From: Chloroflexota bacterium
Lineage (GTDB): Bacteria; Chloroflexota; UBA11872
DNA length: 64,000 bases
Direction of reading: 5' to 3'
NCBI GenBank assembly: GCA_026706485.1
Contig: JAPOYR010000006.1
Span: 21,194-85,193 of the forward strand
The position numbers and the translations under genes were made by a program. The notes beneath the pieces are model-generated. The model did no database searches. It was not told where the DNA came from and was given only the letters and a program-made list of their open reading frames with translations. Shown here piece after piece: positions 1 through 8,566 of this stretch; positions within the stretch are counted from its first letter, which is position 1; each line of letters opens with the position of its first letter.

Positions 1-96
1 GTCCATGGGTGATCGGGTTGCAGGTCGCGAAGCTTGTATTGGAGGTGGGGAGCCACGCCCATCTCGTTTGCGGACCCAACGCCCCCGCTCCCGCGT

Positions 97-708
97 CTAC
101 GCCCAACGGTGCTCGTCGGCGGGGGATTCGATCACTCCCAGCGCCTGCAACATGCGGTCCACCAGCGCGTCCACGATCTCACTGACTTTCGACGGTCGCA
201 GGTAGAACGCCGGCTCCGGCGGCAGCACCGTGGCGCCGGCCTCGGCCAGCGTGAGCAGGTTGCGCAAGTGGATAGTCGACAGCGGCGTCTCACGCGGCAC
301 GATCACCAGGCGGCGCTTTTCCTTCAGCGTCACGTCGGCTGCTCGGTGGAGCAGGTTCGTTCCGGCGCCGCTGGCCAGCGCGCCGAGCGTCGCCATGCTG
401 CACGGCACGATGAGCATGCCGCGCACCGGGTAGCTGCCACTCGAGATCGGCGCCGCCACGTCTTGCGGCCGATGCACCGTCAAGTCACCGTGGGACTTCC
501 AGCGGGCGGCGGCGTCGCGAAAGCGCTCCTGCATTTCGTGGTGCCACATCAGCTCGCCGTAGTCGCTGCACACCACGTCGAGCCTCTCGCCGCGATCCAG
601 CAGCGCCTTGGCTGCCGCGTCGGCCAGCACCGCGCCCGTCGCCCCCGAAATGCCCAGGATCAGACTGGGGCGCGGCCCTCCGTGGTCAGGCAACCCACAC
701 GCCGGCAA
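97..708 (-). CDS. ubiX: UbiX/Pad1-family flavin prenyltransferase (MqnL-like)
   Basis: GISGATG flavin-binding N-terminal motif; about 200 aa, collinear with UbiX. Overlaps the UbiA gene by 23 nt. Last gene of the ubiD-ubiA-ubiX operon. Confidence 0.8.
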   Translation of the reverse strand: MPACGLPDHGGPRPSLILGISGATGAVLADAAAKALLDRGERLDVVCSDYGELMWHHEMQERFRDAAARWKSHGDLTVHRPQDVAAPISSGSYPVRGMLIVPCSMATLGALASGAGTNLLHRAADVTLKEKRRLVIVPRETPLSTIHLRNLLTLAEAGATVLPPEPAFYLRPSKVSEIVDALVDRMLQALGVIESPADEHRWA

Positions 709-1552
709 TGGTGAACACCAGCGCGGTGATCGCCACGTAGCCGTTCATGTTGAAAAAGGCCAGGTTGAGCCGCGACAGGTCGTTGCGCAGCAGCGCGTGC
801 TCATAGATGAGCAGCGCCCCGATCAGGCCCACGCCCACCCAGTAGGGCCACGACAGCGGGGCGATCAGACCCAACACAATCAGCACCACCACCGTGAGCG
901 CATGTGATCCCCGTGCCATCTGCAGCGCGCGACGGGTGCCGAATCGCGCCGGCACCGAATGCAGCCCGCGCTTTCGGTCGAACGCCAAGTCCTGGAGGGA
1001 GTAGAGCACGTCGAATCCCGCAATCCAGAACATCACCACCAGCGCCAGGACGATGGCCTCCGCGCCGATTTCGCCGCGCACCGCAATCCAGCCGCCGACG
1101 GGCGCGATGCCGTCGGCCAGGCCCAACATCCAATGGCTCAGCCAGGTGAACCGCTTCGTGAACGAGTAGAGCGTCACGGTGACCATCGCCACCGGCGCCA
1201 GCGCCAGCGCCAGCAGGTTGAGCTGCCACGCGGCGATGTGCAGCAGCGCGAATCCGGCCGACGCCAACCCGAGCATCTCGACGCGGGACATGCGCCCGGC
1301 GGGCAGGGCGCGCTCGGCCGTGCGCGGGTTCGCCGCGTCGAGTCGGGCGTCGATCAGGCGGTTTGCCGCCATGGCGCCCGTGCGCGCGCCGGCCATGGCG
1401 ACCGTGATCCACAAGAACGTGCGCCAGCCGGGCCATCCGTCCTGCGCCAGCACCATCCCCAGAAAGGCAAACGGCAGCGCGAAGATTGTGTGCTCGAACT
1501 TGATCGCGTCGAGATACAGACGCAGGCGCATCGCGGCGGCGGCCGGGTTCAT
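686..1552 (-). CDS. UbiA-family aromatic prenyltransferase (4-hydroxybenzoate polyprenyltransferase-like / MqnP-like)
   Basis: 288 aa polytopic membrane protein. Shows UbiA-family features (NRLIDARLD-type Asp-rich motif, DLAFDRKRGL second motif). Confidence 0.8.
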   Translation of the reverse strand: MNPAAAAMRLRLYLDAIKFEHTIFALPFAFLGMVLAQDGWPGWRTFLWITVAMAGARTGAMAANRLIDARLDAANPRTAERALPAGRMSRVEMLGLASAGFALLHIAAWQLNLLALALAPVAMVTVTLYSFTKRFTWLSHWMLGLADGIAPVGGWIAVRGEIGAEAIVLALVVMFWIAGFDVLYSLQDLAFDRKRGLHSVPARFGTRRALQMARGSHALTVVVLIVLGLIAPLSWPYWVGVGLIGALLIYEHALLRNDLSRLNLAFFNMNGYVAITALVFTIAGVWVA

Positions 1553-1627
1553 TCGCGACTCGTGCAGTCTGGTGGAGCTATCCAGAGCCTAGCGCGTCGC
1601 GCGGCTGCGCACATCCCAGTTTTCTTC

Positions 1628-3079
1628 CTAGATGCCATAGCTTGTCCACCGTTCGTCGACTCGCCGCACGATGTCCTCGTCCATCACGATGTCCGGCGGC
1701 CACTCACGCGGAAAGCCCTCCTCGGGCAGCTTGCGCGTCGCGTCGATGCCGAGCTTGCCGCCCACGTTTGCGTGCGTGGTGGCGAACTCCAGCGCGTCCA
1801 TCACGCCCTGGGCGTGCTCCGTGTCGCGGCCGGGGTCCGTATTTGCCCCGATGCGCCAGAGAACTTCGCTCAAATCGTGCACGTCCACGTCGGCGTCCAC
1901 CACGATCACGTATTTGGTGAACATGAGCTGACCCGTGCCCCAAATGGCGTGCATGACCTTGCGCGCCTGGCCGGGATAGCGCTTCCGAATCGACACGATG
2001 GCGAAGTTGTGGAACACGCCGTGCACCGGCAGGTTCATGTCCACGATCTCGGGAATGACTAGCCGTACCAGCGGCAGGAATAGCCGCTCGGTGGCTTTGC
2101 CGATCCAGCCGTCCTCCATCGGCGGTCGTCCGACGATGGTGGATACGAAAATCGGGTCGCGCCGCCGCGTCACCGCCGTCAGGTGGAACACCGGGTAGGG
2201 TTCGGCCAGCGAGTAGTAGCCGGTGTGGTCGCCGAACGGGCCTTCCATGCGGGACTCCGCGGGATCAACGTAGCCCTCGAGCACGATTTCGGCGCGCGCT
2301 GGAACCAGGATGTCGACCGTCTGCGCAGGCACCATTTCGACCGACGAGCCCCGCAGGAATCCGGCGAACACCAGCTCGTCCACGTCCGGCGGCAAGGGGG
2401 CCGTTGCGGAGTAGAGCAGCACCGGGTCGGCGCCGATGGCGATGGCCACTTCCATCCGGGTGCTCGACTCGCCGCTGCGGCGCCAGTGCTCCGCCCCGCC
2501 CTTGTGCAGCTGCCAGTGCATGCCCAGCGTCTGCGAGTCGAACACCTGCAAGCGGTACATGCCCATGTTGCGCTTGCCGCTGGCCGGGTCGTGGGTGAAC
2601 ACCAGCGGCATGGTGATGTAGGGACCGCCGTCATCCGGCCAGCAGGTGGGAATGGGCAGGCCGTCCAGCGTGGGTGCGGCGGTCTCGACGATGTCTTGCA
2701 CGGGGCCGCCGCGCACCGTTCGCGGGCCGATGCGGCCGATGTGCACGATCTCGCCCAGGGTCCGCAGCTTGCCCCAGATGCCTGCGGGCGGCGGACTCAT
2801 GGCCAGATTCAGCAAGTGCTCGATGCGGGTCTCCAACTCGGACCAGTCGTCCACGCCAAGCGCCCAGGCCATTCGCTGCTGGGTGCCGAGCAGGTTGATC
2901 GCCAGCGGCACGTTGGAGCCCTTCACATTCTCGAACAGCAGCGCCGGGCCGTCCGACTTCATCACGCGGTCGGCGATCTCGGTGATTTCGAGATGCGGGT
3001 CGACCTCGACCTTGATCCGGCGCAGCTGCCCCTGCCGCTCGATGTGGTCGATGAAGGCGCGCAGGTCGTTGAATGCCAT
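1628..3079 (-). CDS. UbiD-family (prFMN-dependent) decarboxylase (MqnM-like)
   Basis: 483 aa; N-terminus MAFNDLRAFIDHIERQGQL and overall collinearity typical of UbiD. It sits upstream of the UbiA and UbiX genes. Confidence 0.8.
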   Translation of the reverse strand: MAFNDLRAFIDHIERQGQLRRIKVEVDPHLEITEIADRVMKSDGPALLFENVKGSNVPLAINLLGTQQRMAWALGVDDWSELETRIEHLLNLAMSPPPAGIWGKLRTLGEIVHIGRIGPRTVRGGPVQDIVETAAPTLDGLPIPTCWPDDGGPYITMPLVFTHDPASGKRNMGMYRLQVFDSQTLGMHWQLHKGGAEHWRRSGESSTRMEVAIAIGADPVLLYSATAPLPPDVDELVFAGFLRGSSVEMVPAQTVDILVPARAEIVLEGYVDPAESRMEGPFGDHTGYYSLAEPYPVFHLTAVTRRRDPIFVSTIVGRPPMEDGWIGKATERLFLPLVRLVIPEIVDMNLPVHGVFHNFAIVSIRKRYPGQARKVMHAIWGTGQLMFTKYVIVVDADVDVHDLSEVLWRIGANTDPGRDTEHAQGVMDALEFATTHANVGGKLGIDATRKLPEEGFPREWPPDIVMDEDIVRRVDERWTSYGI

Positions 3080-3085
3080 CGATAT

Positions 3086-3940
3086 CTAGATCCCAACCAG
3101 CGCGGGCAGCGGCAGGTCGTAGAGGGACTCGATCACGTGGTCCGGCCGTTGATCGGCGGGCGCGGCGGCAGCCTCGGCGGCCGACGTGGTGCCGGTGAGG
3201 ACCAGCACCGACTCGGCGCCGATGGCCCGCGCCCCGGCTATGTCCGCGGTCAGCATGTCGCCCAGCACCACCAGGTCGGCGGCCTCAACCCCGGCGCGTT
3301 CCATGATGACCCGAAACATGTGCGCCGAGGGCTTGCCCACGATGACTGGCTCTTGCCCGGTGACGGCCGAAACGGCGGATGTCATCGCGCCGGCGCCCGG
3401 AATGGGACCGCTGGGCGTGGGGTATTGCGGGTCGGTGTTTACGGCCAGGTACTCGGCGCCGTCCATGATGATGGCGCGGGTCGCGCGCCGCAGCCTGTCG
3501 TAGGTCAACCCAAAGTCCACGCCGACCACCACGACCTCCGGAACGTCGTCGCCGTCCCAGGTCGCCAACTCGTAGCCGGCGGCCGCAATCTGCGTCGCCA
3601 GGCTGTCCCCGCCCAGCACGAGCACGCGGCACGGCGCTGGATGGTGCGCGCGCAGGTAGGACACGCTGGCGACCACCGCCGACACGATGCTCTCAGGGCC
3701 GGCGTCGATGCCCAGCCCCTGCAGCTTTGCCGCCAGCTCCACCGGTGTCTGGCGCGAGTTGTTGGTGATGAAAAGCGTTGGGAGCCCCAGGTGCTGCACC
3801 GCGGCCACGGCCTCGGCGGCGCCCGGGATCAGCTCGGGTCCGCGGTAGATCACGCCGTCCATGTCGAAGGCGAAAGCGCGCCGCCGGATCGGAACGAGCG
3901 CCGGCTCGTCGTCGTGCCGGTGCGGCGCGGCCGTGGTCAT
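3086..3940 (-). CDS. HAD-superfamily subfamily IIA hydrolase (NagD-like sugar phosphatase)
   Basis: FAFDMDGVIY motif I and LFITNNS motif, 284 aa. Confidence 0.65.
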   Translation of the reverse strand: MTTAAPHRHDDEPALVPIRRRAFAFDMDGVIYRGPELIPGAAEAVAAVQHLGLPTLFITNNSRQTPVELAAKLQGLGIDAGPESIVSAVVASVSYLRAHHPAPCRVLVLGGDSLATQIAAAGYELATWDGDDVPEVVVVGVDFGLTYDRLRRATRAIIMDGAEYLAVNTDPQYPTPSGPIPGAGAMTSAVSAVTGQEPVIVGKPSAHMFRVIMERAGVEAADLVVLGDMLTADIAGARAIGAESVLVLTGTTSAAEAAAAPADQRPDHVIESLYDLPLPALVGI

Positions 3941-4920
3941 TAGTCCGAGTACAGGCCGTTCACGACCATCTCGCGCCGCCAGGATCCCTGCAAGACGTCG
4001 ACGATGTTCTGCGCTGCCAGATCAGCCATGCGCACCACGCAGTCGGTGGAGATGCCGGCCACGTGGGGCGTGGCGATCACGTTCGGCAGTTGGGCCAGCC
4101 GATGGTCCGACGGCGGCTCCTTCGCGCGAACGTCCAGCGCGGCGCCGGCGATGACGCCCTGCGTCAATGCCGCGTAGAGTGCGTCCTCGTCCACCAAACC
4201 GCCGCGGGCGGTGTTCACGAGATAGGCGGTGGGCTTCATCAATCCCAGCCGTCGCTCGTTGACGAAATTGACGGTATCCGGCGTCGTGTTCACGTGCAGG
4301 GTCACATAGTCCGCGCGCCGGAACAGATCGTCGATCTCCACCAGCTCGATACCGTATTGGGCCACAAACTCCTGATCTGGATACGGCTCGGCGGCGATGA
4401 GCACCGGATCGAACCCGGCCAGCCGCCGCACCACGCTCTTGCCGATGCGGCCCAGGCCCACGACGCCGATGGTTTTGTCGCGGATTTCGTTCATCAGGCC
4501 GCGCGACCAATCGCCCTCGGCGGTGTTGGTGATGTAGGCGTACAGCTCGCGCGCCAGGGCCAGGATCATCGCCACGGCCGACTCCGCGACCGTGGTGTCG
4601 TTCGAGCCCGCGGCGATCATGGCCACCACGTCGTGGTCGGCGGCCGCGGCGGTGTCGATGGCGTCGTAGCCGACGCCCACGCGCGAAACCACGCGCAACT
4701 CGGGCGCGCTCTCGAAGACCGCGCGGGTATACGACTCGCTGCTCGCCACCGTGGCCGTGATGCCCTGCAGCAGGTCCTTGAGCTGCTCCTCGGTGGGATA
4801 CATCTGCTCCTGCGGAACCTGGGCGATGACCACCTCGTGGCCGGCCTGCTCCAGCAGGTCGCGCCAGGTGGTGTCGAGGGACTTGACGGCGAGCCGAGAG
4901 GTCACGAGGACGCGGGCCAC
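3940..4920 (-). CDS. D-isomer-specific 2-hydroxyacid dehydrogenase (PGDH-like), paralog 1
   Basis: GxGxIG Rossmann motif (GVVGLGRIGKSV), catalytic His region NVIATPHVAG. Overlaps the HAD gene by 1 nt. Confidence 0.75.
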   Translation of the reverse strand: MARVLVTSRLAVKSLDTTWRDLLEQAGHEVVIAQVPQEQMYPTEEQLKDLLQGITATVASSESYTRAVFESAPELRVVSRVGVGYDAIDTAAAADHDVVAMIAAGSNDTTVAESAVAMILALARELYAYITNTAEGDWSRGLMNEIRDKTIGVVGLGRIGKSVVRRLAGFDPVLIAAEPYPDQEFVAQYGIELVEIDDLFRRADYVTLHVNTTPDTVNFVNERRLGLMKPTAYLVNTARGGLVDEDALYAALTQGVIAGAALDVRAKEPPSDHRLAQLPNVIATPHVAGISTDCVVRMADLAAQNIVDVLQGSWRREMVVNGLYSD

Positions 4921-4992
4921 AGGGTGCTCCTAACGCAAGGGCGTGTGAGCGGTCATTCTAACGACGCGCTCACGGAGACTTACCCGACCGCA

Positions 4993-5114
4993 CTCCGTCA
5001 TTCCCGCGAAGGCGGGAATCCACCCATCATTGAATCTGGGGGCGGAGAGTATTCGCGCGGTCATCCTCACGATTGGCCGGGCATTGCAATGGTGTCCGAA
5101 GGCGGGAATCCATC
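4993..5114. repeat. MITE-like palindromic intergenic element, family A copy 1
   Basis: ctccgtcattcccgcgaaggcgggaatccacc...ccgaaggcgggaatccatcc. Hairpin ATTCCCGCGAAGGCGGGAAT at both ends. Homologous to copies at 6465-6589 and 56190-56308 and to a fragment near 54761. Confidence 0.7.
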
Positions 5115-5142
5115 CGGCCCACGTCGCCGAAGCTCGGAGCCG

Positions 5143-5607
5143 CTACCGGCCCCACTCCTCGGGCCGGTCCACGATGGCGAAGCTGATCTCGCCCTCGGCG
5201 ACGAGCTGATCGCCGATGGTCGCCCGTCCCCGCCCACGCCCGAAGTTGGCGCGCACCCGCAGCAGCTCCGTCTCCAGCCGCACCTGGTCGCCCGGACGCG
5301 CTGGCGTGCGAAACTTCCACTTGTCCAGTCCGGTGAGCATGGCGATCTTGTCGGAATTCTCGGGCAGCCCGAGCGCCGCCACCCCGCCGACCTGCGCCAG
5401 CGCCTCGACGATGATCACGCCCGGCATCACCGGAAACCCGGGAAAGTGCCCCCGCAAGACGTTCGCCTGCAGCGACCCGATGTCGTCGATGTAGCCCACG
5501 GCCCGCCGGCCGTACTCGATCTCCACAATGCGGTCGACGAAGAGAAACGGCTCCCGATGGGGAATCACCGCCTCGATCGCGGCGCGGTCCAGCGGCGGTT
5601 CCGTCAT
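5143..5607 (-). CDS. fabZ: 3-hydroxyacyl-ACP dehydratase FabZ
   Basis: Hotdog-fold sequence PHREPFLFVDRIVEI...LRGHFPGFPVMPGVIIVEALAQ. Start inferred at MTEPPL (aa 144 of ORF 5143..6036). Confidence 0.8.
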   Translation of the reverse strand: MTEPPLDRAAIEAVIPHREPFLFVDRIVEIEYGRRAVGYIDDIGSLQANVLRGHFPGFPVMPGVIIVEALAQVGGVAALGLPENSDKIAMLTGLDKWKFRTPARPGDQVRLETELLRVRANFGRGRGRATIGDQLVAEGEISFAIVDRPEEWGR

Positions 5608-5704
5608 GCAGGAATTCTCGGGGATTCGGCCGGCGGCATTGTGGCATGCGCGCGCGTCTGGATTGCCGGGAGATGCCACTCGGCGCCCGCGTGCGGCGTG
5701 GGCG

Positions 5705-6085
5705 TTACACCTGGAAGCCGAGCTCCGCGGCGGCTGCCTGCTGTTGCTCGTCGCGCGTGACGAATGCGATCTGGCCGGGATCCGGCGCGGCGTAGAGGGC
5801 CATCGCGATGTGCCACAGGTCGGCGCCGCGTAGATGGCCGGATTCGAGAACGGCCGCCATCTCGGGACCCAAGGGCCGGTCGGGCAGGACCCAGTCGATG
5901 CCGGCGACGAGGTTGGTCGCGAAGTCCAGGCGCTCGCGCGCAAACACGGCGCGCAACTCGGCCTCGAGCAGATTCGAGGCGAGCAGGCGCGAGCACGCAT
6001 CGAGGCGTCCGGCGATCGCCGATCCGGACCGATCATCGAAGGCGACGGCGATCAGCGCGGACGTATCGACGTAGGCGACGCTCAC
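5705..6085 (-). CDS. vapC: PIN-domain toxin (VapC family)
   Basis: 126 aa, N-terminal VDTSALIA acidic PIN signature. Overlaps the upstream antitoxin gene by 4 nt. Confidence 0.7.
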   Translation of the reverse strand: MSVAYVDTSALIAVAFDDRSGSAIAGRLDACSRLLASNLLEAELRAVFARERLDFATNLVAGIDWVLPDRPLGPEMAAVLESGHLRGADLWHIAMALYAAPDPGQIAFVTRDEQQQAAAAELGFQV

Positions 6086-6357
6086 TCGTTCCGCTCGGTG
6101 AGAAACCGCTCCACGGCGCCGGGACGACGGGCCACCACCTGCAGCGGGCGACGCGCCAGGCTCGATCGAACCAGGACGCCACGCCGCTCCAGATCCTCCA
6201 GCCGTTCCTCGATCGTGGCCGGTTCCGGCTGGAGCGGTCGGATTTCGGCTACCGGCTCGCCGCGATACGACACCGTGACCGTCTTCCCCTCGCGCACCTG
6301 CCGCATGACCTCGGCAAAGCGCGCCTTGGCTTCATAGGTCGAATAGATAATGCCCAT
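6082..6357 (-). CDS. Phd/YefM-family type II antitoxin
   Basis: 91 aa; N-terminal YSTYEAKARFAEVMRQVREGKTVTVSYRGEPVAEI is a typical Phd/YefM fold. Translationally coupled to the PIN toxin. Confidence 0.65.
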   Translation of the reverse strand: MGIIYSTYEAKARFAEVMRQVREGKTVTVSYRGEPVAEIRPLQPEPATIEERLEDLERRGVLVRSSLARRPLQVVARRPGAVERFLTERNE

Positions 6358-6464
6358 GCGCGGTAGTATAACCAGTCAGACTAGTCAAGTACCAATTGTA
6401 AGTTCGTCGGCGGTGGGCCGCGTCGAGCTCGTCATTCCTTCGACGGAACGCTTTTCCTTAGCCC

Positions 6465-6589
6465 CTCCGTCATTCCCGTGAAGGCGGAAATCCACCCCTA
6501 GTTGAACCTGGGGGCGGAAGGTATGCGCCCGGTCATCCCCAAGCCCGAATGGACTTGGCAAGGGTCTCCGAAGACGGGAGTCCATCCCC
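6465..6589. repeat. MITE-like palindromic element, family A copy 2
   Basis: ctccgtcattcccgtgaaggcggaaatccacccctagttgaacctgggggcggaagg... collinear with copy 1. Lies between the Phd/VapC and MazEF modules. Confidence 0.7.
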
Positions 6590-6638
6590 ACAGGTCAACC
6601 GCTGCCGTTTCGTCCACCGCCCGCGCCGTTCGCGGCGC

Positions 6639-6983
6639 TCACAGATCAAGAACCAGGCGCACGCCGGCCGCGATCCGGGACAGCAGCCGCCTTGGGGCTT
6701 GGCCGGCCCGCTCGACCAGATAGTCGCGATCCAGCGTTACGACTTGGGTCGCGTTGGCCACCGAATCCCTGGGAAGGCCCACGTCCGCACCGGGAACCAG
6801 GACGTTGCCGGGGGCGTCGAGCAAGCGCATGTTCGTCGTGAGGGCCACAGCGATCACTGTGCGCAGCCGGCTGCGGTTGAACGAATCGGCCTGGATGATG
6901 AGGACGGGACGCCGAAATCCGGGCTCGGAGCCGCGCGGCTCGGCCAGGTCGGCCCACCACACCTCGCCGCGCTCGACTACCAC
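6639..6983 (-). CDS. mazF: MazF/PemK-family endoribonuclease toxin
   Basis: RGEVWWADL...PGFRRPVLIIQ is the canonical PemK/MazF N-terminal signature; 114 aa. Confidence 0.75.
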   Translation of the reverse strand: MVVERGEVWWADLAEPRGSEPGFRRPVLIIQADSFNRSRLRTVIAVALTTNMRLLDAPGNVLVPGADVGLPRDSVANATQVVTLDRDYLVERAGQAPRRLLSRIAAGVRLVLDL

Positions 6984-7213
6984 CCGTCGGCGGTCAGACT
7001 GCGTCCCTGGGCTTGTCTGAGCTCGGGTGCCAGCCCGCTCGGCTGCTCGCCGTAGACCTGGTTCAGGCGCGACGTCACGTCTTGATCCCGGTGCTTTGCA
7101 AGGTGCTCCGCGACGGCGGTGGCGTACAGCTCGCTGCGGGACATTCCCAATGCGTCCGCCAGCGCGTCGGCGGACTCGAAGAGGTCATCGGGGAGCGAGA
7201 TGGCAACTTTCAT
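6977..7213 (-). CDS. Ribbon-helix-helix antitoxin (MazE/CopG-like)
   Basis: 78 aa, MKVAISLPDDLFESADALA RHH N-terminus. Overlaps the MazF gene by 7 nt. Confidence 0.55.
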   Translation of the reverse strand: MKVAISLPDDLFESADALADALGMSRSELYATAVAEHLAKHRDQDVTSRLNQVYGEQPSGLAPELRQAQGRSLTADGW

Positions 7214-7220
7214 ACTCTAA

Positions 7221-7236
7221 TCATACCTTAGTATGA
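7221..7236. promoter_or_regulatory. Palindromic putative operator upstream of the RHH antitoxin gene
   Basis: TCATAC-CTTA-GTATGA perfect inverted repeat within 25 nt of the antitoxin start (minus strand). Typical autoregulatory RHH binding site. Coordinates approximate. Confidence 0.4.
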
Positions 7237-7314
7237 CCACCTTAAAGATGTCGGCATCCGCCTCGCGACACCGTGCGCTCCCGGGCTGCCCGCAACCCGG
7301 GCCACCGCCTGCGA

Positions 7315-7536
7315 CTAACGCAGAAGCCCCAGGAACTCCTCGCGGGTCAGGCCGGCGTCGCGGATCAGCGCCCGCAGCAGTCCACGGCCAAGCTCGCGGT
7401 GTCGGGGTACCGAGAGCCTGCGGCCCGCCGGTCCGATCAGGATCATGTGGCTGCCCTGCGTGCGATCGCGCGTGAATCCAATCCGAGCCACGGCCTTGAC
7501 GAACTCGTCACCCGAAATAACGGGCAGGCGCGCCAC
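7315..7536 (-). CDS. hicA: HicA-family mRNA interferase toxin
   Basis: 73 aa; GFTRDRTQGSHMILIGPAGRRLSVPRH matches the YcfA/HicA dsRBD-like core with catalytic His. GTG start overlaps the hicB stop by 1 nt. Confidence 0.7.
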   Translation of the reverse strand: MARLPVISGDEFVKAVARIGFTRDRTQGSHMILIGPAGRRLSVPRHRELGRGLLRALIRDAGLTREEFLGLLR

Positions 7537-8108
7537 TAGGCGACGGAGACTTCCAGGACCTGGAACTCGGACGAGGCGGGCAGAGGCTCCCCGTGCTCAC
7601 GCATGCTCGCCAGGTAGCCGCGAATGGCCTCGCGGATATTGGCGAGCGCCTCGTCTCGCGTCCGACCCTGGCTATGGCATCCCGGAAGCGTGGGACAGCT
7701 CACCGCCTCCCAGCCGTCCTCGTCGCGCTCGAAGACCACCAGCAGGTTCAGGAGGTCCTGGCCGGCCCCGGGCGCATCCAACGCCACCGTCGCCCCCGGC
7801 GTGGGCTCGGACGCATGAGCCGCGGCGTTCCGCATGGACGCGGAAGCTCTGTACACCCTCGTGTCCGGCCGCTCCGAGATCTGAAACCCGAGTCTGCTGA
7901 GGATTCGGAAGGCGTCTTGTGAGGTGAATCCCGGCGACGTCAGACCGGTGACCAACTGCAGCACTTGCCTGATCGGGAATCGGCGCCCGTGAAGGTCAAT
8001 GAAGTATTTGTGGCGCCCGTCGGCAGCGTTGGGCTCAACGCCCCGCGTGACATCCCGGACGATCTCCGGCGTGATCGTGTACTGCGCGCTTCGAATCCGA
8101 AACTCCAT
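7536..8108 (-). CDS. hicB: HicB-family antitoxin (RNase H-like fold) fused to an unrecognised N-terminal domain
   Basis: C-terminal LLNLLVVFERDEDGWEAVSCPTLPGCHSQGRTRDEALANIREAI is the UPF0150/HicB signature. The N-terminal ~100 aa (MEFRIRSAQYTIT...RLGFQISERP) is not part of canonical HicB. Start chosen at MEFRIRS (ORF extends to 8249). Confidence 0.6.
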   Translation of the reverse strand: MEFRIRSAQYTITPEIVRDVTRGVEPNAADGRHKYFIDLHGRRFPIRQVLQLVTGLTSPGFTSQDAFRILSRLGFQISERPDTRVYRASASMRNAAAHASEPTPGATVALDAPGAGQDLLNLLVVFERDEDGWEAVSCPTLPGCHSQGRTRDEALANIREAIRGYLASMREHGEPLPASSEFQVLEVSVA

Positions 8109-8308
8109 CAAGTATCCCCGGAGTTCTTTCTTCTTTCTCTTACTTCTTCGACGATAGCATGCTCCGCGGATGGTGCAGGAGCCGGCTCCATCCAGTCCGT
8201 CGCGCTCGATGTGGGCGCCAGACAGCAGACCAGGCTCCAAGGCATGCATCCGAACCGTCCGCGGCTTATGGTAGAAATGCTCTCCATGCTTCTACCCTGA
8301 GAATCTCG

Positions 8309-8566
8309 ATGAGCCTCAACATCAAGAACGAAGAGACCTGCCGCCTGGCGCGCGAGTTGGCGCAGCTGACGGGGGAGACCATGACCGGTGCGATTACGGT
8401 TGCGCTGGAGGAGCGTCTAGAGCGCGAGCGGCGCGAACGCAGCGTCGAAGAGCGCCTGCGGGACATGCGCGCGATTGCCGCGCGTTGTGCCAGCCAGCTT
8501 GGCGACGGTCCATCCGCCGCTGATCACGGCGACTTGCTCTATGACGAGCGGGGCCTGCCGAAGTGA
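8309..8566 (+). CDS. vapB: VapB/FitA-like antitoxin
   Basis: 85 aa from MSLNIKNEETCRLARELAQLTGETMTGAI (Rv0623/FitA-like N-terminus). Stop overlaps the GTG start of the downstream PIN gene (GTGA). Confidence 0.55.
   Translation: MSLNIKNEETCRLARELAQLTGETMTGAITVALEERLERERRERSVEERLRDMRAIAARCASQLGDGPSAADHGDLLYDERGLPK

Noticed and set aside
5608-5704. Alternative longer FabZ (ORF 5143-6036, 297 aa) and the overlapping 5027-5647 / 5604-5996 ORFs.
   Set aside because: Only the C-terminal 154 aa match the hotdog fold; the N-terminal extension is low-complexity and overlaps the VapC gene frame region; likely artefact.
34-5760. Long plus-strand ORFs (34-714, 959-2062, 2183-3943, 3778-5760) antisense to the ubiX/ubiA/ubiD/HAD/dehydrogenase genes.
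   Set aside because: Arg/Gly/Ala/His-rich, no motifs. They lie exactly opposite well-supported minus-strand genes, a typical high-GC antisense artefact.
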